Source: Chiloscyllium plagiosum (taxonomy: Eukaryota). From it: a DNA stretch of 64,000 bases. Made by a program: the position numbers and the translations under genes. The notes beneath the pieces were generated by a model. The model was given only the letters and a program-made list of their open reading frames with translations, did not search any database and had not been told where the DNA came from. Position 1 is the first letter of the stretch. Every line of letters begins with the position of its first letter. Shown here piece by piece: positions 1 to 12,649 of this stretch. The DNA lies in NCBI RefSeq assembly GCF_004010195.1, contig NC_057718.1, positions 64,857,548-64,921,547 of the forward strand, written 5' to 3'.

Positions 1-2846
1 TCAAAGAAATTAAACTGGATGGATCACCTGCATTGACCTAGGCACCGGAAAACACAAGGGTGGAAACAGCCCTGTCGACTCTGAAAAGTCTTCCTTCGTG
101 ACATTTGGAGGCTAGTGTCAAAATTAGGAGAGCTGACTCACCGACTGGTCAAGCAACAGTCTGACATAGTCATACCCACATAATCATACCTTACAGACAA
201 ATGTCCCAGTTACCACCATCACCATTCCTGGATATGGCCTGTCCCACTGGCGGGACAGACCTGGCAGAGGTGGCGGCACAATGGAATACAGTTGGGAGGG
301 AGTTGTCCTGGGAGTTCTCAACATTGTCTCCAGATTGCCTGAAGTCTCGTGGCTTCAGGTTAAACATGGGCAAGGAAACCTCCTGCTGATTACCACATAC
401 CATTCTCTTTCAGCTAATGAATCAGTACTCCTCCATGGTGAACATTTATTGGAAGCACCAAGGATGGCAAGGGCACAAAATATTCTCTGGTTCAGAGATT
501 TCAATGTCCACCACCAAGAGTAGCTCAGCAGCAGTACTACTGATCAAGCTGGTTGAGTTCAAAAGGACATAGCCTTTAGACTGGACATGTGGTGGGCGAT
601 GAGGGAACCAACAAGAGGCAAAGCATACTTAACATCATCCTTATCAGTCTGCCAGTTGCAGGCACAACTGTCCATGACTGTATTGGTAAGAGTGACCATT
701 GTGTAGTTCTTGTGGACATGAAGTCTCGACTTCACATAGAGAATAACCCCATCACGTTGTGTGGCGCTATCACCGTGCTAAATGGAACAGACTTCGAACA
801 ACTCAAGTCTGGGCATCCATGAGGCACTGCGGGCCATTTACAGCAGCAGAATTGTTCTCCAGCACAATCTGTAACCTCATGGCTTGGCATATCCCCCACT
901 CATCCATTACCATCAAGCCAGGGGATCAACCCTAGTTCAAAGGATAGAGCAGGAGGGCATTCCAGAGCAGCACCTGGCAATCCTGAAAATTAGGCGTCAA
1001 CTTGCATGCCAAAGAGTTTAAACAGCAGATGATAGACAGAGCTAAGCAATTGTACAACTAATGGATCAGATCAAAGCTCTGCAATCCTGCCACATACAGT
1101 TGTGAATGGTGGGGACAATTAAACAATTCCCTGGAGAAGGAGACTCCACAAATATCTCCTTTATCAAAGATTGAAAAGTAAGGCACATCAGTGCAAAAGA
1201 TAAGTCTGAAGCTTTAGCAGCAACCTTTAGCCAGAAGTGCCGAGTGGATAATCCATCTTCCTCCAGTGGTCCCCAGCCTTACAGATACCAGTCCTCAGCC
1301 TCCGTGTGATACCAACAAATGGTAGGAGACACTGGATACTGAAATAGCTACAAGCCCTGACAACTTTCTGGCAATATTACTAAAAAACCTGTGCTCCAGA
1401 ACTTGATGCTTTCCTAGCCAAGCTGTTCTTGTACAGTTATAACACTGGCACCTACCTGACAATGTGGAAAATTGTCCAGGTATATCCTGTGTATAAAAAG
1501 AAGGACAGATCCAACCTGGCCCATCAGTCTACTCTCAATGATCTGTAAAGCGATGGAAGGTGTCATCAATATTGCTATCAAGCAGCACCTGCTCAGCAAT
1601 AACCTGCTCAGTGATGCCCAGTTTGGGTTCTGTCAGGGCCACTCAGCTCCTGACTTTATTACAACCTTGGATCAAACATGGACAAAAGAGCTGGATTCCA
1701 GAGGTGAGGTGAGGATGACAGCCCTTAGCATCGAAACTGCATTCAATCAAGTGTGGCATCAAGGAGTCTTAGCAAAACTGGAATGAATGCATATCAGGGG
1801 CAGGCTCTCCACTGGTTGGAGTCATACCTGACAAATAGGAAGATGGTCTTGGTTGATGGAAGTCAGCCATCTCACCTCCAGGACAAGTCTTCAGGGGTTC
1901 CTCAGGGTAGTGTCCGAGACCCAATCTTCTTCAGCTGTTTCATCAATGTCCTTCCCTCCATCATAAGGTCAGAAGTGGGGATGTTCGCTGATGTTCAGCA
2001 CCATTCACGACTCCTCAGATACTGAAGCAGTCCACATTCAAATGCAACAAGCTCTAGACAATATTCAAGTTTGGACTGACAAGTGGTAAGTAACATTCAT
2101 GCCACACAAATGCCGGGCTATGACCAAAACCAATAAGTGACAATCTAACCACTGTCCCTTGACATTCAATGGTGTTACCATCACTGAATCTCCCCTATCA
2201 AAATCCTGAGGGTTATCATTGACCAGAAACTCAACCGGACTCACCACATAAACATACTAGAGCAGGTTGGAGGCTAGGAATACTGCAGCGAGTAACTCAT
2301 CTTCTGGCTCCCCAAAACCGGTCCACCATCTTCAAGGCATAAGTCAGGACTGTGATGGATTATTCCCCACTTGTCTGGATGAGTCCAGTCCCAACAACAC
2401 TCAAGAAGCTTGACACCATTCAGGAGAAGGCAACCTGCTTGACTGGCCACAAGCATCCACCCCCAGTGCTCAGTAGCAGCAGTGTGTACTATCTATAAGG
2501 TGCATCACTGAAATTCACCAATGATTCTCACACAGAACCTTCCAAACCCATGACAACTTCCATTTAGAAGGACAAGGACAGCAGAAATGTGGGAACCACC
2601 ACATTCAAGTTCCCCTTCAAGCCACTCACCATCCTGACTTGGAAATATATCACCATTCCTTCACTGTCACTGGGTCAAAGTCCTGGAATTCCCTCCCTAA
2701 TGGCATTGTGGGTTAACCCACAGCAGATGGACTGCAGAGGTTCAAGAAGGCGGCTTACCACGACCTTCTCAAGAGCAAGTAGGGATGAATAAATGCCTGC
2801 CAGCCAGCCAATGATATTCACATCCCATAAATGAATAAATAAAAAA
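1..2846 (+). mobile_element. Degenerate CR1-group (CR1/L2-like) LINE, near-complete ORF2 (APE endonuclease + RT) and 3' tail
   Basis: Frameshifted ORF fragments EVSWLQVKHGQGNLLLITTY, DFNVHHQE, GKSDHCVV (APE); QFGFCQGHSAPD, TAFNQVWHQG, SGVPQGSV, GMFAD (RT); ends in cccataaatgaataaataaaaaa at ~2846; many stops. Confidence 0.9.
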
Positions 2847-3856
2847 CATGCTCTGTGGGACTGGAGAAAAAATGCCTACTAGAAAGTTGACTGTTCAGTG
2901 CAGTTGGTGCCACAAGCCATTCAAGTGGGGTGAGAGAAGAGAAATGCTGTTGTAATCGGGGATAGTGTAGTTAGAGGTATCGACACTGTTCTCTGTGATC
3001 AGGATTGAGAGTGCTAAAGGTTGTGTTGCCTGCCTATGGATGTTTGCTATGAGAGATAAATGATAAAGGCAATAGTTTTCGTGATAAGGTGATTTTTTAC
3101 TACCTTTGTGCTTTGCATAGCTAATCAATCTAATGGAGATATTCCACCTCTAATATTTAACTCTCCAGCTCAATGTGATGAGAATTCTAACAAATAAACA
3201 TTTCACGATCAAAGGATTCAAAATTTCCTTATTTTCCAATGTAAAACATTTTGAAAATCAATCATCTTCAGGATAATGTCTTCTTTTATTAACTGATCTT
3301 TTTCAACAGATTACAATTAAATAGTCATTTAAGATAGCACTATCTTGTATGTAAGGTTAAGGTTAATTGCATATTGAACAATTTTAAAAGCAAGTTTGAA
3401 TCATGAAAATGCAAATTTTGAAATTGATAGTTGGTTTATATTCAAAAATGCCTGCTCATAATTGTTCCTTTTGATACTATTTGGATGTACCTTTGATTAT
3501 TATGCCCAAAATTTAATATTATTCTTCATTTACATACATGTTTTGCATCTCATCATGAGATAAACAGTGCTTCTTATTCTCAGCACAGAATAATACCCTA
3601 CTTAATTTTCTAATAGCTAATAGCTATTTAAGAATGCCTGAGATTGTTGCATTCATAATCAAATTAGATGCATCTAGTATATACTGTTCAAGCTTCAGCA
3701 TCGTCAACTCACTACCTCTATTACAGATTTGTTAACATATCTATAGATACTAGCTCGTGCATTTTGCCCACTGAAAATATTGATAGTATGAGGGAATAAC
3801 TTCCTGTTTAGCTAACTCCATTGCTTTTATTGTTAAGATCTTAAGAACTATCTGAC

Positions 3857-3987
3857 CTGCACAATTGAATGGTCAATCAGTTGTCGAGAGTCAGACTGTG
3901 TATGCTCTTGGCCAAGGTTGGTGGCGACAAAACTGAAACCTCGGAAAAGCTGATGTGTGTTGGCACTTGGAGGCACGCCAGGTGAGT
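3857..3987 (-). CDS. RPS6KA2: RSK3 coding exon: linker with turn motif and hydrophobic motif, (D)[43 protein letters not shown]
   Basis: 131 bp; acceptor cttttcgcag, donor gtcaga; phase continues the 1-nt overhang of exon 25966-26068; FRGFSFV is the RSK hydrophobic motif. Confidence 0.95.
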
Positions 3988-5899
3988 CTGCGAAAAGAAA
4001 GTCGATAGATCAATTGGAGCAGTTGATGCAGAATTAAAAAATAAAGTTCTATTGCGCAAGTCTTTCCAACGTGTTGTTCAACAGGACATTATTAAAGATT
4101 AGTATTACAGACATGGACTACATTGCATAAGTGCCAGACTAATTGTAGGAACTTCACATGCAGATTGACAGTAAAGGCTTGAATTGTGAAATATACTTCT
4201 TTCATAATCTCTTGTGACAGGTTTCAGATTTAATATATTTCTGAGTGCTGCAAATTCTTTTCTGCTGGAACCCTTCGTAATTCTTCTGACCCGGGCCACC
4301 TGATTACTGATTACCATAAATTACTGATTACCATCTCATTATGATTATCACCTCATTACTTTTGCACACAGTATACTTTGGACTGAAAAAAATTTAACTA
4401 TGTCTAATATTTTTCAAGGAGAAAAGCTTACAAATCATCATGTGTTCACTCACTGACATGGCAGCCTTAATGATTGTGACACAGTTTACTAATAAATGCC
4501 TAGAATTGGTGAGTCTGAGCATTGTTATTATTTGTATGGCTGGGGAAGCAATTTTAGTTCAATGTCGGGTTAACAATCCAGGAATCCCTGACGAGCTCCT
4601 GACTTCATTGTAATGCATATAGAGTAATGTTGAGATGTATTTTAATGATCAATGGCTTCAGCTATGTGACTGCTTGTGACAAAGCAACTAATCAACTCAT
4701 ATATTCGAGGACCATCCTACAATTTGCTCTTTTGCCCCGTGCTCCAGTTCAGGCCTTTCCCGGTGTCCCAGATCACTAGTATCTTGGCAAGCTTTTACCT
4801 TATGCATGCATTGGGTATAGCACCATGCTGCGTTGTGTAGAAATCTCTTTCTCTTTATTCTTATTATTTCCTTAATTTTTAAGATTTATAATTTAATTAG
4901 TTCCACTGTTAATTTGGTATTCCTTTCCTCCCTGGTGCTGTTTTTCTGTTTCTGGATTGGGAAAACTGGTACATAATAAATATTTAATATTTTGCTATTT
5001 TTGATTTACATTACACTATCACCCATGCCCCTCTTAAAGGGGCCTATATTCTATTAATACATTTGTTAAAAAAAATTGTATTGTTCATAATATTCCTCAA
5101 TTATTTTTTGTTTTATTCCCTTATCACTGCAGTCCATTTCTTTGGTCTGAAATTTTCCAGGTCTAGAGTGACGTAGGCAATGGCATGACAGTTAGGAAAT
5201 TACAGCAAGATCAGAAAAATGTGATATATAATGAGATACAGATTGTCCACATAATGGATGAATGAATTACTGCCACTTGTACTCTACAATGAACAACATA
5301 ATAAAATACAGTGAAAAGCTTCTACTGCTGTTACAATCCGGCACCATTTGAACATTTTAAGAATGAAAAGATAAAGCTGAAAGAAGGTCCATTTTCATTC
5401 TGCTACCTCCACCATGAGTCCTGAACCCTAAGCCGGCTGACCAATGAAACCTCTACTGTCACCTGCACTGGACCCACTAACATTGGAGTTGCCACTTTTC
5501 AGGCTCCATCTCTTCATTGCTTGGACCACTTTGCCAACAGCTGCCGATGCCGGGTCCCATGCTGGACCCACACTCAACCTGCAACCAGGAGACTCTGACT
5601 CTGCTGCCACTGACCCGTCACTGATAACCAGGCGTCCTGCTTTGGGCTTACCACAACCAGGAGCCCCTAGCTCCACTGCCGTCTCACCGATAACCAGGAG
5701 ATCCTGGCTCTAGGCCTATCACAGCATAAGGTTTCAATGGTGAGATGAGAATCTTGTAAGTGAGCAGAGAAGTTCTTATTTGTATGCATTTAGATTTCAC
5801 GGTTATCTAATATGACATCATTTATATAAAGGTTGCTATTTTCCCATGCAGCAGAGAGAAACTAAAGGGTGCCAAGTTGTTGCAACTGCAGGTTGGCAG

Positions 5900-6471
5900 A
5901 GGTTGGCATTGGCCAAGAACCAGCTTTACAGTGACACACACACCTTCCATCTGCAGAGGTTGGCATTAGCCAAGAACCAACCTTACAGTGGCACACACCC
6001 CTTCCGTTACAGAGGTTGGCATTGGCCAAGAACCAATCTTACATTGACACACACCCCTTCCATCTGCAGTGGTTGGCATTGGCCAAGAACCAACCTTACA
6101 TTGACACACACCCCTTCCATCTGCAGAGGTTGGCATTGGCCAAGAATAAGTCCTACAGTAATACACGCACCTTCCATCCACAGGGGTTGGCATTGGCCAA
6201 GAACCAGCCTTACAGTGACACACACCCCTTTCATTTGCAGAGGTGGCATTGGCCAAGAATTAGCCCTACAGTGACACACAGCCCTTCCATCAACAGAGGT
6301 TGGCATTGGCAAGAACCAGCCTTACAGTGGCACACACCCCTTCCATCCACATGGGTTGGCACTGGCCAAGAACCAGCCTTACAGTGGCACACACCCCTTC
6401 CATCCACAGGGGTTGGCATTGGCCAAGAACCAGTCTTACAGTGTCACACAGCCCTTCCATCCACAGGGGTT
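5900..6471. repeat. Minisatellite, ~10 tandem copies of a 56-57 bp unit (AGGTTGGCATTGGCCAAGAACCAGCCTTACAGTGACACACACCCCTTCCATCTGCAG)
   Basis: Unit starts at 5900, 5957, 6013, 6070, 6127, 6184, 6241, 6297, 6353, 6410; no unique spacers. Confidence 0.95.
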
Positions 6472-6624
6472 ATTGCAGAAAATCTGCCTCATTCCAGTCC
6501 GGGGAGTGAGCCACAGTCAGTGCTGCAGGTCCAACGCAACCTGTCTGGGGATTTGCAGGAAGTCAGTCAGTCAGGGAGCTACACAGATATCAGTCAGGGG
6601 TCTGGCCAAGCTCAGCCCCCTTCA

Positions 6625-6745
6625 CAATTCTCCTTCCCCCTCCCCCAGCTTTCCCCGTAACCTTCCTGATAAAAGGCTTATGCCTGAAACTTTGATTCTT
6701 CTGCTGCCTGACCTATGCTTTTCCAGCACCACACTTTTTGAGTCT
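6625..6745 (+). mobile_element. Penelope-like element terminal fragment with decayed hammerhead motif
   Basis: cctgataaaaggcttatgcctgaaactttgattc...gctgcctgacct...cttttccagcaccacact matches the PLE ends at 12080-12170 and 36240-36330. Confidence 0.75.
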
Positions 6746-8559
6746 GGCCAGGTTCAGTGATTGTTATTGTTCTAAACTGACCAGTGGTTGGCTGAACTTT
6801 GGCTTCTCCTGGGGATCTATTCACTGAAAGTCAAGGAGGTTATCAGAAGCCACTGGCATGGTGGGGACGTCACTAATGGAGAACGAAGGTAGCTTGCTTG
6901 ATGCAGAAATGACAGTAATTATAAAGTAGGGTGTAACTCAACATTTGAGGGGGAAGACAATGGACCATTGGAGGGCATAGGACACTGTGGAAGTGGGGCG
7001 GGGTGTCATTCACAGTCACAGTGGCATTGGTGGGAGGGGCAGTTCAGTGCAATGTTTGGTTTTACTAATCTGTAGGCCTGGGGCTCAGTGAGTTAAGTGA
7101 GGATATGAAGAGTTAAATAAAAGGGTTGGATGGGAAAATGGGGAACCTCAAATTTGCTGGGGTTGGCAAGGAAGTCAATACAAAAAGGAACCTGAAGATT
7201 GGGGGTGATCCAGATTAATAGACTGAGCCAACAATGCTTATGAAATCATCTTCTAAACTGCAAATGCACAATGCACCACAGCTGATTGGGCAGAGTAAAT
7301 ATTTATTTCTCTGAGGGAGCAGGCTGTACTTCGGAGTAATGTGAGGCCCTTTGAGGAGTAATTACAATATTTGGGACTTACATATGAGAAGTTAAACATA
7401 CCTTTAATCATAGAATTTGCAAATGATCTTTATGCAGTGACCAACTCTTGTCAAATTAAAATCCTGGCCACAAGCAACCTTGATCATGCCTTTAATCATT
7501 ATAAACTAATCACTGTCATTGCAGTCAAACAGAAGTAATCATGAATGACCTTTAAAGTGACACCTCCATGCTTAATTCTAAACCATATTCCAAAATACCA
7601 TAGGCTGTACAAGGATGCAGAGCTGCACATTCCTGTCACATTGAATGGTAAGTATTTGACAATACACATGCTATATGTAGTGCTCTTTTTCCTAGGCAAT
7701 TTGAGGGTAGAGTTGGGGGTTACAAGATTTCAATAATGCCACTACACCTATAATCTCTCACTATATGTGTGAAACATGGCTAAAACGGCATATATTTGAA
7801 TATGATCTACATACTGTTATTACCTGACTTAATATTGCTACTGGATGCATCAGATCCCAGACTGAAACCTGCTTTGATAGATTTTTTTTTGGTTTGGTTT
7901 TAATTAAGTGGTCTCCCACTGAGTCAGAATTGTTTTAACATTAAAACAGAAGTTTGTTCACTGAAATAAATTAAGATAAAATAGAATCAAACAAACTATT
8001 CACTTATAACACAAATTCAAAGATTTTTAAACACACAGTAAAGACATCATCTCATTAATCACTAAATACTCCTTTACAGGTTCCAAACAAAGAAAAAAGA
8101 TCACTTGTACTGGACTTAAAATCATCCCTTTTATAATGCTGACCATGGAAAAAAATCTTTTCCTTAAACTGAAGTATTAGGAAGTTTGACGTTAACTTCT
8201 GGATTGAAAACACTGATATTTTCTTCCTGGAGTTTATACACAGTTTATACTCTGGCAAGAATCTATGCAGAGGCAATTAATAACTCTCATTGTCAGACCC
8301 CACCATGATCTTTTGTATTGAGGATTATGGAAAACTCATTTGCCAGCGCTGAGTGCCCACATTACTAAAGACTGATTCTGTTTCTGATATTCCCTACATA
8401 GATCCTGAGGAACAGTGACCAATTGATCTTGCTACACAATGAATATGCAGGGAAATTGAAGCAAGAAAAAATGTGCCAGCAAGCCCAATACCTGTGGAAA
8501 CCTCCAGCGGCTGTGCAACAGCCTCTACATGAATATGTCATGTAAGTAGGTCCCCTCAG

Positions 8560-8915
8560 GAGGCAGAGGACAGACAATTTCCTCCAAATGAGTGAAGTGC
8601 AGTGTCTGCCCAGCCTGGGGATTTCCCAGGACTCTGACTGAAATCACAGAAGACTTTTCTTGGAGCAGAATGCATAATCTGAAGGGGTGGGTGGCCATCC
8701 TATCCTGGTGCCATCAAGGTGACAGCTGTCCCACACTTCCCACCTACATCCGCGAATCCATCCCCCAAACTATGCTACTGGCTGCTTCCAAGGATCCACT
8801 GGGGACCTTTGTGGAGTCTCTCAATCCTCAGCCTACAAATGTTTCAAGGCTGTTATAAATGCAGTTTGTGTGGGATCACAACACTTCAATTTGTATCCCT
8901 GTGACAAGGTCAGTT
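8560..8915 (+). mobile_element. Harbinger/PIF transposase (HARBI1-like) N-terminal fossil
   Basis: Frameshifted translation FLQMSEVQC...GVGGHP...IKVTAV...NYATGCFQGSTGDLCGVSQSSAYKCFKAVINAV resembles the helix-turn-helix region of Harbinger transposases. Confidence 0.7.
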
Positions 8916-9061
8916 CTATAGCTGGGCAGTAGGCTGTGGCAATGTAGCTGACTGTACACAGATCACATTGACAGTACCATATCATAATGTAACTGAATTT
9001 ATCAATTGAAGAGGATTCTGTTCCATTATTGCTCAACTTCTCCGTAATCATAACATTCAAA

Positions 9062-9395
9062 AGGAGGCAATGACCTATTGGTATTATCATGGGACTGTTA
9101 ATCCAGAAACCCAAGTAATGCTCTGGTGAAGCGAGTTCAAATCCCATGGCAGATGGTGGAATTCAGAGTCTAACAATGATCATGAATTCATTGCCAATTG
9201 TCAGTAAAAAAACCCATCTGGTTCACTAATGTCCTTCAGGGAAGGAAACTGCCATTCTTACCTGGTCTGGTCTACATCTGACTCCAGACTCACAGCGATG
9301 TGGTTGACTCTTAACTGGCCTCTGGGCAATTAAGGGTGGACAGTAAATATTGACCTGGCTAGTGATGCCTTCGTTCCATGAATGAATAAAAAAAA
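9062..9395 (+). mobile_element. tRNA-derived SINE (family 2) with LINE-derived 3' tail
   Basis: B-box-like gagttcaaatccc; core cccatctggttcactaatgtccttcagggaaggaaa; tail ...ccatgaatgaataaaaaaa resembles the 3' end of LINE 1-2846; related copies at ~25235-25620 and ~32820-33060. Confidence 0.75.
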
Positions 9396-9560
9396 TTCGT
9401 ATTAGTCTACAGCACAGAAAAATGTCCCTTGGCCTATCCAGTCGACATCAATCAAAAATAAGCACCTAACTATACTTGGAGAAAGTGAGGGCTGGAGATC
9501 AGAGTCAAGAATGTAGTGCTGAAAAAGCACAGCAGGTCAGGCAGCATCTGAGGAGCAGGA

Positions 9561-9600
9561 GAATCGACGTTTCAGGGATAAGCCCTTCATCAGGAATGAG
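9561..9600 (-). ncRNA. Minimal type-I hammerhead ribozyme motif (PLE family A)
   Basis: Minus strand cauuc-CUGAUGA-AGGG cuuau CCCU-GAAAC-GUC-gauuc: intact core, 4-bp stem II, loopless palindromic stem III (ACGU), weak stem I. Confidence 0.7.
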
Positions 9601-11616
9601 GCTTATGGGTCAGAGGGACTGAGAGATGAATGGGAGGGGGGTAGGACAGGGGGAGTGTAGCTGGGAGTGTGATATGTAGATGAAGGTGGAGGGGAAAAGT
9701 GATAAGTTGGAGTGAAGGGTGGAGCAGACAGGTGGAAAGGGAGATGGACAGGTCATGAGGGCAGTGCCAAGTTGGAGGCTTGGGACTGGTGTAAGGTGGG
9801 AAAAGGGGAAGTGGGGAAACTGGTGAAATCCACATTGATCCTGTGTGTTTGCAGGGTCCCGAAGCAGAAGATGAGGCATTCTTTTTCTAGGCATCAGGTG
9901 GTTAGGGTTTGGTGATGGAGGAGGCCAAAACCATCATCTTCCAGACCATCTACAACCTCATCATCTCTGGGGATCTCCCACCCACAGCCTCCAACCCCAT
10001 AGTCAGAGAAGCCCGCACCGCACAATACCAGCTCATACCCAAAATTCACAAACCTGACTGCCCTGGTCGACCCATCGTCTCAGCCTGCTATTGTCCCACC
10101 AAACTCATCTCTGCATTCCTTGACACCATCCTGTCCCCCTTAGTCCAGGAACTTCCCACTTACATTCGGGACACCACTCATGCCCTTCACCTCCTCCAAG
10201 ACTTTTGTTTCCCCGGCCTCCAAGGCCTTATCTTCACCAAAGACATCCAGTCCCTCTACACATTTATCTGCCAAGACGAAGGCCTCCAAGTCCTCTGTTT
10301 CTTTCTTTCACGCTGTCCCAACCAGTACCTTCCACTGACACTCTCGTTCGCCTAGCTGAACTGGTCCTCACCCTCAACAACTTCTGCTTCCAATCCTCCC
10401 ACTTCATCCAAACCAAAGGGGTAGCCATGGGCACCCGCATGGGTGTCTCTTCATCAGGCACGTGGAATAGTCCATCTTCCGCAGCTACACTGGCACCATT
10501 CCCCATCTTTTCCCCCACTACATTGATGACTGTAATGGGACTATCTCATGCTCTCATGAAAAGATTGAACAGTTCATCAAATTCACCAACACCTTCCACC
10601 CTGACCTCAAACTCTCACCCGGACCATCTCGGACGCCTCCCTCCCCTTCCTGGACCTCTCCATTTCCATATTTGGCGCCCGACTCAACATGGATATCTAC
10701 TACAAACCCACTGACACCCACAGATACCTGGATTACACCTCCTCTCATCTTGCCTCCTGTAAAGATGCCATGTTTCCCAATTCCTCTGCCTCCACCTCAT
10801 CTGCTCCCAGGAGGACAAATTCCAACATAGAACATCATAGATGGCCTCCTTCTTCAAAGACTGCAATTTCCCTTCCCACATGGTCAACGATATCCTCCAG
10901 CACATCTCCTCCACTTCCTGCACCTCTGCCACACTTACAATTGCAACAAGGACAGAAACCTCCTGATCCTCATCTTCCACCCCACCAACCTCCAGATACA
11001 TCTCATCATCCTCTGCCACTTTCACCACCTACAAACAGACCCCACCACTAGGGATATATTTCCCTGCCCACCCCATCTGTGTTTTGGAGAGATTATTTCC
11101 TTCGTGACTTCCTTGTCAGATCCACGCCCCCACCAGCCCACACCCCACTCACGGCGCTTTCCCCTGCCAAATCAAGAAGTCCAAAACCTGCATCCATACT
11201 CCCCTCTCACCTCCATCCAAGGCCCTAAAGGATCCTTCCACATCTGACAAAAATTTACCTGTACTTCCACACACATCATCTACTGTATCCGTCGTACCCG
11301 ATGCGGTCGCCTCTACATCGGGGAGACAGGAAGCCAACTTGCAGATAATTTCAGAGAACACCTCTAGGACACCCGTACCAACTCCACCAGCCTGTGGCTG
11401 AACATTTTAATTCCTCCTCCCACTCTCAAGGGCATGCAGGTCCTGGGTCTCCTCCACCGCAAACCCTAGCCACCCGATGCCTGGAGGAAGAATGTCTCAT
11501 CTTCCGCCTTGGGACCCTGCAACCACACAGGGTCAATGTGGATTTCACCAGTTTCCCCCACCTTTTCCCACTCCCAAGCCTCCAAATAGGTACTGCCCTC
11601 TTGATCTGTCCATATG

Positions 11617-11943
11617 GGCAGGTGGCTCGTGGTTAGCACTGCTGCCTCACAGCGCCAGGGACCCAGGTTCAATTCCCACCTTGGGCAACTGTCTGTGTGG
11701 AGTTTGTACATTCTCCCCGTGTCTGCATGGGTTTCCTCCGGGTGCTCCGGTTTCTTCCCACAATTCAAAGATGTGCAGGTTAGGTAAATTGGCCATGCTA
11801 AATTGTCCATACTGTTAGGTACATTAGTCAGGGGTAAATGTAGGGGAATAGGTCTGGGTGGGTTGCTCTTCGGAGGGTTGGTGTGGACTTGTTGGGCCAA
11901 AGGACCTGTTTCCATACAATTGGAAATCTAATCTAATCTAAAT
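11617..11943 (+). mobile_element. tRNA-derived V-SINE (HE1-like) nested in the Penelope element
   Basis: A box gtggttagcactg, B box ggttcaattcc, core tgtgtggagtttgtacattctccccgtgtctgc, (TAATC)n tail. Confidence 0.9.
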
Positions 11944-12649
11944 CTTCCTTCCCACCTATCCGCTTCACCCTCCTCTATGACCTTCTCCCCAACCTTCATC
12001 TACCTATCACCAGCTACCTTCTCCACCCACCCAACCCCCCCCCCTTTATATCTCTCAGTCCCCTGGCCCGCCAGCCTCATTCCTGAGGAAGGACTTTTGC
12101 CTGAAACATCAATTCTCCTGCGCCTTGGATGCTGCCTAACCTGCTGTGCTTTTCCAGCACCACACTCTCGATCTAACTACTCTTGTCCAATTTTCTAGCA
12201 CTCTGCCCAGAACCTTATATGCCTTGGCATCACAAGTGCACATCTACATCTTCCTTTATATGATGTAAGGGGTTTTCCCTTTACTTACTGGGCAGTGAGT
12301 TCCAGATTCCTACCAGCATCACGATGGAAACAAATCCTCACATCCCCTCTAAACCTCCTGCCCCTTAGCTTAAATCTACACTTCCTGGTCATTGATTCCC
12401 CACCAAAGGGAGAAGTGCCTTCCAATCTATGCCCCACATAATTTTATACATCTCAATGATGTACCCCTTAGTCTCTTCCGTTCCAAAGAAAACAGCCACA
12501 GTCTATTTTCTTTTCATAACTAAAACTCTCCAGCCCTAGCAACATCATGCTAAATCTCCTCTGCACCCTCTACAGGAGGGATCTGATAGCACTGGAATGT
12601 ACATTCCAGAACTGCATACAATATTCTAGCTGTGATAGACAGCCGAAAT

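Larger units (their letters stand above)
9479..12172 (+). mobile_element. Penelope-like element: RT + GIY-YIG endonuclease on + (9926-12172), preceded by an inverted copy of its 3' end (9479-9925)
   Basis: PKIHKPDCPGRPIVSA, TKDIQSLYT, QTKGVAMGTRMG, DIYYKPTDTHRYLDYTSSH, LYIGETG-type GIY-YIG, CLEEECLIFRLGTLQPH; flanked by a 13-bp near-TSD at 9466-9478 / 12173-12185. Confidence 0.9.
9405..12635 (-). mobile_element. Old CR1 3' end split by a Penelope insertion (pieces ~9405-9478 and ~12173-12635)
   Basis: CR1-like 3' sequence (cacatcccctctaaacctcctgcccc, ccagaactgcatacaatattctagc) resumes after the duplicated target ctaacta(ta/ct)cttg. Confidence 0.65.

Noticed and set aside
3881..3987. Apparent plus-strand exon with strong donor CAG/gtgagt and elevated CpG
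   Set aside because: Fully explained as the reverse complement of the RPS6KA2 exon 3857-3987.
4575..4640. CTGACGA resembling a hammerhead core
   Set aside because: No downstream stem II closure or GAAA box nearby.
5846..6760. Long repetitive ORFs (142, 214 and 134 aa) and a CRISPR-like appearance
   Set aside because: By-products of a 57-bp tandem repeat. There are no unique spacers or cas genes, and the context is a vertebrate intron.
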